Shown here: in pieces, positions 56,928 to 64,000 of the stretch
How the letters are laid out: each line of letters opens with the position of its first letter
Position numbering within the stretch: the first letter of the stretch is position 1
Origin: Spirochaetia bacterium
GTDB lineage: Bacteria; Spirochaetota; Spirochaetia; UBA9216
Assembly: GCA_965140585.1 (NCBI GenBank)
Contig: OZ223270.1
Coordinates: forward strand, 32,001 to 96,000
Direction: 5' to 3'
Length of the DNA: 64,000 nucleotides
Program-made: the position numbers and the translations under genes
The notes under the pieces: generated by a model
Databases searched by the model: none
What the model saw: only the letters and a program-made list of their open reading frames with translations
What the model was told of the DNA's origin: nothing

Positions 56928-58253
56928 ATGGACGCAACAATTAACTCTATCGGCCGGAAAAAACTGGATGAAACCGCTAAAATCCAAGTTCCGTCCTCAA
57001 AATCACATACAATCAGGGCTCTTCTGATTGCTTCATTCGCCGACGGTGAAAGCAGCCTTATAAACCCGCTCGATTCCGCGGACGCCCGATCATGTATTGA
57101 AGCCTGCCGGGCTTTCGGTGCAGTAATCGATACAGAAAGCACCGCCGCTGACGGCACGGCAGTCTGGAAGGTCTCAGGAAACGGGGGAAGCTTCCCTGAA
57201 AATATACCGGCAATCGATGTCGGCAATTCGGGCACTACACTCTACCTGGCAGCCGGAATGGCAGCGCTTGCCGGCATCCCGGTACAATTCACAGGAGATG
57301 AGCAGATTCAGCGCCGTTCCGCAGAAAACCTGCTGAGCAGTCTGGAAGACCTCGGCGCCGAGGTCAGACGCATGGGAACAGGAGGCTGTGCCCCCTTCAC
57401 AATTAACGGTCCTATCACAGGCGGAAGCACGTCTATTGAGTGCCCCACAAGCCAGTACCTGTCATCACTGCTGCTTGCCGCCCCGCTTGCCGCCCTGGAC
57501 TCAGGTGTTCAAAGCGTAATAAATGTTCCGCTTTTAATGGAGCAGCCCTATGTTGAAATGACCCTGCGCTGGCTTGATGAGCAGGGCATCAGCTATAAAA
57601 ACAATAACTTCAAATCCTTCGAAATATCAGGCGGCCAGACCTACAAAGCCTTCACCCGCCCCATCCCCGGAGACTTCAGCTCGGCAACCTTCTTTATCTG
57701 CGCCGCTGCAGTAACCGGCTCAAAACTGACCTTTACGGGGCTTGATATAAACGATTCACAGGGTGATAAAGCCGTACTGGACTATCTTGAACAGATGGGC
57801 TGCAAAACTCTCCACAGCAACACGGAAATCACTGTCATCGGCCCCGGCCATCCGGAAAATCCGGATCCCCTGCTCAAAGCAGCGGTAATCGATATAAACG
57901 CTACTCCCGACGCCCTTCCGGCAATGGCGGTCACAGCATGTTTTGCAGAGGGCGAAACAAGGCTTGTAAATGTCGCCCAGGCCCGAATCAAGGAAACAGA
58001 CCGAATCGCGGTCATGGCAGCCGAACTTGGCAAACTCGGAGCAGATATAAGCGAACTTGAAGACGGACTGATTATACGGGGAGGCAACCCGCTTACCGGC
58101 TGCAAACTTGAAGGTCACGGGGATCACCGTATCGTAATGTCGCTTGCAATAGCCGGACTCAAGGCAGAAGGGACAACCACGATCACCGACAAAGAGGCCG
58201 TTGCCATCACCTACCCCGGATTTTTCACCCAGCTGAATAAACTTATAAAATAG
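56928..58253 (+). CDS. aroA: 3-phosphoshikimate 1-carboxyvinyltransferase
   Basis: PSSKSHT.R, GNSGTT, SQYLSSLL, PGDFSSA, RIKETDRI, DHRIVM, TYPGF. Confidence 0.95.
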   Translation: MDATINSIGRKKLDETAKIQVPSSKSHTIRALLIASFADGESSLINPLDSADARSCIEACRAFGAVIDTESTAADGTAVWKVSGNGGSFPENIPAIDVGNSGTTLYLAAGMAALAGIPVQFTGDEQIQRRSAENLLSSLEDLGAEVRRMGTGGCAPFTINGPITGGSTSIECPTSQYLSSLLLAAPLAALDSGVQSVINVPLLMEQPYVEMTLRWLDEQGISYKNNNFKSFEISGGQTYKAFTRPIPGDFSSATFFICAAAVTGSKLTFTGLDINDSQGDKAVLDYLEQMGCKTLHSNTEITVIGPGHPENPDPLLKAAVIDINATPDALPAMAVTACFAEGETRLVNVAQARIKETDRIAVMAAELGKLGADISELEDGLIIRGGNPLTGCKLEGHGDHRIVMSLAIAGLKAEGTTTITDKEAVAITYPGFFTQLNKLIK

Positions 58254-58270
58254 CAATAGAGGAGTTCAGG

Positions 58271-59296
58271 ATGAAAACATACGATCTGAGATCAGATACT
58301 GTAACTAAACCGACAGAGGCCATGCGCGAGGCAATGATGAAGGCGGAAGTCGGAGATGATGTATACGGCGAAGACACAACCATAAACAACCTGCAGGATC
58401 GTGCAGCTGAAATCACCGGTAAACAGGCGGCAATCTTTGTTCCCTCAGGCTCAATGGGCAACCTGATAGCAATCTACGTGCAGGCAGGCAAAGGCCGGGA
58501 AGTCCTAACCCATAAAAACAGCCACATCATCCATTACGAACTCTCTTCGGCAGCATCGATAGCCGGAGCCTCCGTTATCGGACTCGACGGGGAACGCGGA
58601 ATACTCACACCCGAAGCAATCAAACCGCTCATCCGTGACGACATCTACTACATGCCCGTCTCCGGACTGATTGAACTCGAGAATACTCACAACAAGGAAG
58701 GCGGCACCTGCTACACCGAAGCCGAACTCAAGGCCGTCTCAGAACTCGCCAAAGAACACAGCCTTCCTGTCCACATCGACGGCGCACGAATCTTCAACGC
58801 AGCCGAAGCAACCTGCATGAGCGTAAAGCAGATTTCATCCTATGCCGACACAGTCACATTCTGTATCTCAAAGGGTCTCGGAGCCCCCGTCGGAAGCCTC
58901 CTATGCGGAAGCACAAAGTTCATAGCCGAAGCAAGAAGAGTAAGGAAGATGTTAGGCGGTGGGATGCGGCAGGCCGGTATACTGGCAGCGGCAGGCCTCT
59001 ATGCACTTGATAATCACGTCGAAAGGATAGCCTACGATCACGCCGCCGCAAAGGAAATAGCTGCAGCGCTTGCAGAAACATCCTGGGCTTCAATAGATCC
59101 GGCAAAGGTGGAGACTAATATAATTTTCTTTGAAACAACAGGCTGCAGCGCCTCAGATGCCGTTGAAGCACTCAGGAAGCAGGGAATCCTCTGCAGCGCA
59201 GCCGGCTTCCACGCTGTCCGGATGGTCACCAGCCTTGCCGTGGAAAGGGAAGATATTGGTCCGATATGTAAAATAATAGAAAGCCTGTCAATTTAA
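58271..59296 (+). CDS. ltaE: Low-specificity L-threonine aldolase
   Basis: DLRSDTVT.P, GDDVYGED, LENTHN, HIDGARIFNA, SKGLGAPVGS, GGGMRQAG. Confidence 0.93.
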   Translation: MKTYDLRSDTVTKPTEAMREAMMKAEVGDDVYGEDTTINNLQDRAAEITGKQAAIFVPSGSMGNLIAIYVQAGKGREVLTHKNSHIIHYELSSAASIAGASVIGLDGERGILTPEAIKPLIRDDIYYMPVSGLIELENTHNKEGGTCYTEAELKAVSELAKEHSLPVHIDGARIFNAAEATCMSVKQISSYADTVTFCISKGLGAPVGSLLCGSTKFIAEARRVRKMLGGGMRQAGILAAAGLYALDNHVERIAYDHAAAKEIAAALAETSWASIDPAKVETNIIFFETTGCSASDAVEALRKQGILCSAAGFHAVRMVTSLAVEREDIGPICKIIESLSI

Positions 59297-59311
59297 TGAC
59301 AGGCTTCTGCA

Positions 59312-59788
59312 TCACTCGTCGTAAAAGGCTTCAATCCCCGGATACATCATCTTTTTCATTGCGATCTTTTCAGGAATAGTAAAGTATTCCGCTGTCCCGC
59401 TTGTTACAACCTCGTCTTTCTCATTGTAGAGATCAACTGTAACCACAGCGATATTCTTCTTCATTTCAGTCAAACGGCCGCGCAGAGTCACCTTGCCTCG
59501 GTTGGTATAGGCTCCTCCGCTGTAGTTTACATCAAGCCTGGTTGTATAACCGGCAGTCTTCAGTTTTACAAAGACCACCCAGGCCGCAAGCTCATCTATC
59601 AGCGCGGCCCTTACCCCGCCGTGGAGGATGTAATTATATCCCTGAAAATAATCAGGGGCATCCCAGAGGCAGACGATCTCATCGCCGTCCTCATAAAATT
59701 CCATCCGAAGGCCGTGCTCATTATCAGGAGCACAGCCGAAACAATTATATCCTTCATGTCCGATAAAAGGGTTTCTAAGTTTTTTCAC
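59312..59788 (-). CDS. PaaI/hotdog thioesterase
   Basis: CFGC.P.N..GL...F, LHGG...LIDE. Confidence 0.85.
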   Translation of the reverse strand: MKKLRNPFIGHEGYNCFGCAPDNEHGLRMEFYEDGDEIVCLWDAPDYFQGYNYILHGGVRAALIDELAAWVVFVKLKTAGYTTRLDVNYSGGAYTNRGKVTLRGRLTEMKKNIAVVTVDLYNEKDEVVTSGTAEYFTIPEKIAMKKMMYPGIEAFYDE

Positions 59789-59837
59789 CTACACATAATA
59801 CACGTATTTATATTGAAAATCAAACATTCTCACATCC

Positions 59838-59907
59838 ATACCCTAAAAGGTATATTTACAATATATACCTTTTAGGGTATAATTTCCAAATAAACCCTGG
59901 AGGGTAT
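59838..59907 (+). promoter_or_regulatory. hipBA promoter with three palindromic operators
   Basis: ATACC-N6-GGTAT at 59838 and 59865, and with 1 mismatch at 59892; 27-bp period; TTTACA (59855) N17 TATAAT (59878). Confidence 0.8.
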
Positions 59908-59908
59908 A

Positions 59909-60157
59909 ATGAGCTTTATACAGGGATCAAATCAGCTTGCGGTAATTCTCAAAAGTTTCCGGAAAAGCAGAAAACTAACGCAGGCACAGACTGCAGAGAG
60001 AACAGGCCTGCTTCCGAAAACAGTGTCACTGCTTGAGAACAATCCCGACAGGAGCACACTGGACAGCCTGTTTAAACTACTTTCGGCTCTGGATTTGGAG
60101 CTACATATCACAGAGAAGCAGAAACCGCGTAAGTCTCCAGACGGCGGGGAATGGTAG
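59909..60157 (+). CDS. hipB: HipB-like XRE antitoxin
   Basis: RK..KLTQ...A...GL..KTVS.LEN.P...TL.SLFKLL.ALDLEL; C-terminal Trp; overlaps hipA. Confidence 0.9.
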   Translation: MSFIQGSNQLAVILKSFRKSRKLTQAQTAERTGLLPKTVSLLENNPDRSTLDSLFKLLSALDLELHITEKQKPRKSPDGGEW

Positions 60158-61482
60158 ATATGGGAAGGAATAAACAGCACCTCTCCCTTGATGTCTATAT
60201 GAATAACGAAATAGTCGGCACTTGGACAGATTCACCTGTGAGTAAATTCTGTTATTCTGATTCATGGCTCCTGTCACCTAACTCAAGACCTTTGTCGCTC
60301 TCACTTCCACTCACCGCGTCAGACTATGAGTTTAAAGGACCGATTGTTGAATCGTTTTTTGACAATCTGCTTCCTGATTCGATGGAAATACGGAAACGGA
60401 TGCAGATCAGGCTTGGATTAAAAACAACTGACGGATTTGATATTCTTGAAAAAGTCGGAAAAGACTGTATAGGAGCCATACAACTATCCTCTAAAGACAG
60501 ACCACCTGTTAATTCTGGAATGATAAAGGGGAAGATCCTCTCAGATAAAGAAATAGAAGGTATTTTAAAATCCCGCGAAATATCGTCATATCAGAATACC
60601 GATGAGCAGTTTTTCAGGATTTCGCTGGCAGGAGCGCAGGAAAAAACAGCTTTCCTCTTTCATAATGGACGATGGATGCTTCCTGATGGAACAACTCCAA
60701 CAACCCACATCTTCAAGCTTCCTCTCGGCATTATCGGCCAGGATAATGTCGACCTTTCAAATTCTGTTGAGAATGAATGGCTGTGCATGAGGCTCCTGAG
60801 GAATTTCAAAATGCCTGTACCCGATTGTGAAATTCTTAATTTTGGAACCGAAAAGGCGCTTAGTATAAAGAGGTTTGATCGCAGGTTTAATAGCGACAAA
60901 ACCGTACTGCTGAGGCTCCCGCAGGAGGATATCTGCCAGTCTACAGGAACCTCCGGAGGTTATAAGTATGAAAGCGATGGCGGCCCTGGTATCAAAGAAA
61001 TACTTTCAATCCTGAATGGTTCATCAAATCCGGCTGAAGACCGGGAACGGTTCTTTAAAGCTCAGATTTTATACTGGCTTCTTGCGGCTCCGGATGGGCA
61101 TGCAAAGAATTTCAGTATTTTCATACATCCGCAGGGTCGATTCAGCCTCACACCTTTCTACGATGTAATCTCAGTTTATCCGGCAATTGGAAACAACAGA
61201 GGCAATATTCATCCCGGGAAAATCAGAATGGCCATGGCTGTGCATGGCGGCAAGGGCAAGAAATACCATTGGAATAAAATATTCAGACGCCACTGGATTG
61301 AGACGGCAAAGCTCACCGGTTTCCCGGTTCATTCAGCCGAAAAACTAATTGATGATATTATAAACAAAGTCCCGGTTGTAATTAAGGAAACATCAGAAAA
61401 TCTGCCTCCAAAATTTCCGGATAATATAAGCAGAAGCATTTTTGATGGAATTCAGAAGAATGTCGATCGGTTAAAAAAATAG
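60151..61482 (+). CDS. hipA: HipA kinase toxin
   Basis: LSLSLP, FFDNLLPD, FRISLAGAQEKTA, TTHIFKLP, RFDR, QED.CQ, DGHAKNFS, LTPFYD. Confidence 0.95.
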   Translation: MVDMGRNKQHLSLDVYMNNEIVGTWTDSPVSKFCYSDSWLLSPNSRPLSLSLPLTASDYEFKGPIVESFFDNLLPDSMEIRKRMQIRLGLKTTDGFDILEKVGKDCIGAIQLSSKDRPPVNSGMIKGKILSDKEIEGILKSREISSYQNTDEQFFRISLAGAQEKTAFLFHNGRWMLPDGTTPTTHIFKLPLGIIGQDNVDLSNSVENEWLCMRLLRNFKMPVPDCEILNFGTEKALSIKRFDRRFNSDKTVLLRLPQEDICQSTGTSGGYKYESDGGPGIKEILSILNGSSNPAEDRERFFKAQILYWLLAAPDGHAKNFSIFIHPQGRFSLTPFYDVISVYPAIGNNRGNIHPGKIRMAMAVHGGKGKKYHWNKIFRRHWIETAKLTGFPVHSAEKLIDDIINKVPVVIKETSENLPPKFPDNISRSIFDGIQKNVDRLKK

Positions 61483-61504
61483 GCAGCCTCAAATGAAGCT
61501 GCCT
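61473..61504. terminator. Terminator between convergent hipA and htpG
   Basis: AGGCAGC...GCTGCCT hairpin preceded by A7. Confidence 0.6.
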
Positions 61505-61530
61505 TGTGATATTCAAATAAGAGTTTCAGC

Positions 61531-63402
61531 CTATACAGCCTTACCCATTACCCTGTTAAGTCTTTTTACAAATTCAGCAGGTTCCTTGAGTTCGGTACCC
61601 TCAACAAGCATCGCCTGTTCCAGAAGAAGGAAGCAGATATCGTTAAACATATCCTTGTCAGCAAGATCTTTTAGTTTTGTAACAATCTCGTGATCAGGGT
61701 TAACTTCAAGGATGGGAACAATATCCGGCATATCGGTCTGACCCATTGCACGCATCATCTGCTGCATCTGCATTGTCGGATCATTCTCATCGGCAACAAT
61801 ACAGGAAGGAGAATCTGAAAGCCTTGTTGATGCAACGACATCTTTAACCTTGTCGCCCAGAGCCTTCTTAATCTTCTTGATTACCGGTTCAAGATCCTTT
61901 TCTTTTTCTTTGTCCTCTTCAGTCTTGAGATCATCTGCAGCGCCGCTCTTGTTTACAGCCTTGAGCTCAATCTCGCTGTAATTAAAAATTGAAGGAGTAA
62001 CAATTTCATCGATCTCATCATCCATGATGAGAACTTCAATACCCTTCTTTTTATATGCTTCGAGAAGCGGAGAGTTTCGGAGTGTTGCCTCATTACCACC
62101 GGTGATGTAATAGATCGATTTCTGATCTTCCTTCATCCGTTCCTTGTACTGCGCAAAGCTTACCCAGCCCTCTTCCTCAGTTGATTTGTATCGAACGAGC
62201 TCCAGAATGGTTTCACGGTTTGCATAATCCGAATAAAGGCCTTCCTTAAGCGGTCTGTTGTACTGTTCAATGAAATCCTTGTATTTTTCAGGATTGTTTT
62301 CTGCAAGTTTCTTGAACTCACCCAGAACCTTTTTGACAGATGAGCTTCTGATAGATTCCAGAACCCTGTTCTGCTGAAGTATTTCACGGCTTACATTAAG
62401 CGGAAGATCCTCTGAGTCGATTACACCGCGCAGGAAGCGCAGATAAACAGGCATCAGTTCCTTCTCATCATCGGTAATAAATACACGTTTAATGTAGAGC
62501 TTTACCCCCGGCTTGTAGTCAGCCTGGTAGAGGTCAAAGGGGGCCTTTGAAGGAATGTAGAAAAGGGTTGTGTATTCCTGGGTTCCTTCGGCTTTTGTAT
62601 GAATATGGAGCATAGGGTCTTCATTGTCATGCCCGATTGTCTTGTAAAATTCATTATAGTCTTCGTCTGTAAGCTCGGACTTCGATTTTTTCCACATTGC
62701 AGAGGCGCTGTTGATCTGCTCAATTTTATGTTCTTTGAGCTCTTTTCGGTCATCGCCCTCGCCTTCCCACTTTGACTCATCGTATTCAAGAAAGATCGGG
62801 AATGCTATGTGGTTTGAATATTTCTTAACAAGCTGTTCAATCTGCCATCTATTGGCATACTCAGCTCCGCTTTCATTAAGGTGAAGGATAACAGTTGACC
62901 CCTGAGTTTCGCGTTCAGCCTCAGTAACCGTGTAATCGGTCTTCCCGTCGCTTTCCCATTTCCAGGCCTGCTCATCGCCCGCCTTCTTCGCAATCACTTC
63001 AACCTTGTCTGCAATCATGAAGCAAGAGTAGAAACCTACACCGAACTGTCCGATAAGGTTGGATTCCTTCTTTGCGTCGCCTGTAAGCTGACTGAGGAAG
63101 TTTTTAGTTCCCGATCTGGCAATAGTACCAAGATTAGCCTCGAGGTCCTCGGCATTCATACCGATTCCGGTATCCGCTACTGTGAAAGTCTTTGCATCCG
63201 AATCAAAACTGATATCTATGCGGGGCTCAAAATTAAGTGTCTTGAGACTGTCATCCGTAAGGGTCAAGTATTTAAGCTTATCAAGTGCGTCGGATGAATT
63301 GGAAACGAGCTCACGAAGGAAGATCTCCTTGTGGGAATACAGCGAATGGGTGATAAGATCCAGAAGCTGCGAAATTTCGGTTTTAAATTTCTTCTTTGAC
63401 AT
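61531..63402 (-). CDS. htpG: Chaperone HtpG (Hsp90)
   Basis: HSLYSHKEIFLRELVSN.SDA, DTGIGM, LGTIARSG, IGQFGVGFYS, DLPLNVSRE. Confidence 0.97.
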   Translation of the reverse strand: MSKKKFKTEISQLLDLITHSLYSHKEIFLRELVSNSSDALDKLKYLTLTDDSLKTLNFEPRIDISFDSDAKTFTVADTGIGMNAEDLEANLGTIARSGTKNFLSQLTGDAKKESNLIGQFGVGFYSCFMIADKVEVIAKKAGDEQAWKWESDGKTDYTVTEAERETQGSTVILHLNESGAEYANRWQIEQLVKKYSNHIAFPIFLEYDESKWEGEGDDRKELKEHKIEQINSASAMWKKSKSELTDEDYNEFYKTIGHDNEDPMLHIHTKAEGTQEYTTLFYIPSKAPFDLYQADYKPGVKLYIKRVFITDDEKELMPVYLRFLRGVIDSEDLPLNVSREILQQNRVLESIRSSSVKKVLGEFKKLAENNPEKYKDFIEQYNRPLKEGLYSDYANRETILELVRYKSTEEEGWVSFAQYKERMKEDQKSIYYITGGNEATLRNSPLLEAYKKKGIEVLIMDDEIDEIVTPSIFNYSEIELKAVNKSGAADDLKTEEDKEKEKDLEPVIKKIKKALGDKVKDVVASTRLSDSPSCIVADENDPTMQMQQMMRAMGQTDMPDIVPILEVNPDHEIVTKLKDLADKDMFNDICFLLLEQAMLVEGTELKEPAEFVKRLNRVMGKAV

Positions 63403-63519
63403 CAGTAAATTCTCTCCTAATTAACTATCTAAAGCGGGATATTCCCATTAATTATTTGTTTGGAGAAAATATAATAATTTTTTCTGCTGTCGGCAAACAG
63501 GAGTTTAAAAATTTAAGAA

Positions 63520-64000
63520 TTATTCAACGCCGCGCCATCTGTTCCGGTAGTAGTTAAGCAGAGGGATGAACTCATCTGTTGATTTCTGGTTTCCATCACT
63601 ATTGGGGTGATTATCATAATCATGATAAGGCGAGGTGCCGTCATAATCGGATGCGTATTCATAAATTATACTTCCGTTTTCAATAGTGTGATGTGAGTTT
63701 TCTTCTGAAAGAACACAATAGAAATCAAAAACGCCTACATTATTACCTGTATAATCCTTCAGCCAGCCGTTTTCTTCATCCACAAGCCATTCACAAAGCT
63801 CCCTGGTCAGCAAATAACTGGATACCACGGTTTCACCCGGAGGGGTAACTAAAATGAATAATTTATCCTGATGAAGAACAAAGTAATCAAGCAGCTGGAT
63901 ATAAATTGCCTTCTCATCATCGATAGACAAGCCGACTTCACTGCATGGATAGCAGGATTTAAACATTATGATATCATTTTCTCCGCCTGGATTGGATAAT
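63520..64000 (-). CDS. Hypothetical protein, SGNH-like C-terminal part (5' end outside the window)
   Basis: Frame open to the window edge: DIIMFKSCYP, FILVTPP, VFDFY, D.HPN..GN. Confidence 0.6.
   Translation of the reverse strand, partial: LSNPGGENDIIMFKSCYPCSEVGLSIDDEKAIYIQLLDYFVLHQDKLFILVTPPGETVVSSYLLTRELCEWLVDEENGWLKDYTGNNVGVFDFYCVLSEENSHHTIENGSIIYEYASDYDGTSPYHDYDNHPNSDGNQKSTDEFIPLLNYYRNRWRGVE

Noticed and set aside
56928-58253. aroA as part of the proposed quinate island
   Set aside because: 12 kb from aroQ, in a housekeeping context with ltaE; ordinary biosynthetic gene

Overview
Bacterial chromosomal window, most likely from a free-living anaerobic spirochaete. This is inferred from the many lipoproteins, 'FAGG.Q/E' substrate-binding-protein leaders and a giant surface protein ending in a FlgD-Ig-like domain. 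1-19 kb holds lipoproteins, galU, DUF2804, a GT2 glycosyltransferase and a 4346-aa repetitive adhesin-like protein. About 19-44.5 kb is a catabolic island: a GntR regulator; a 7-gene operon (LigK/RraA-type aldolase, Ldh_2 dehydrogenase, aldehyde:ferredoxin oxidoreductase, SDR, cupin, IolN-like hydrolase, Zn-dehydrogenase); several esterases; one intact and one decayed TRAP transporter; a collapsed peptide-ABC operon; an IS remnant; MoaD; and two adjacent aroQ paralogues. The enzyme set fits a hypothetical oxygen-independent, non-aromatic route from quinate (and its esters) to pyruvate + oxaloacetate. This is the main finding, and it is inference. 44.7-64 kb holds DUF2271-like lipoproteins with flavinylation motifs, a 5'-nucleotidase, a bacterial DA1-like peptidase, TIGR00266, a frameshifted FG-GAP lipoprotein, a P1 peptidase, a DnaA-box-like cluster, a DMT transporter, a histidine kinase, aroA, ltaE, a thioesterase, hipBA and htpG. 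No rRNA, tRNA or CRISPR array was seen. All family calls come from motif recognition by eye, not from database searches.
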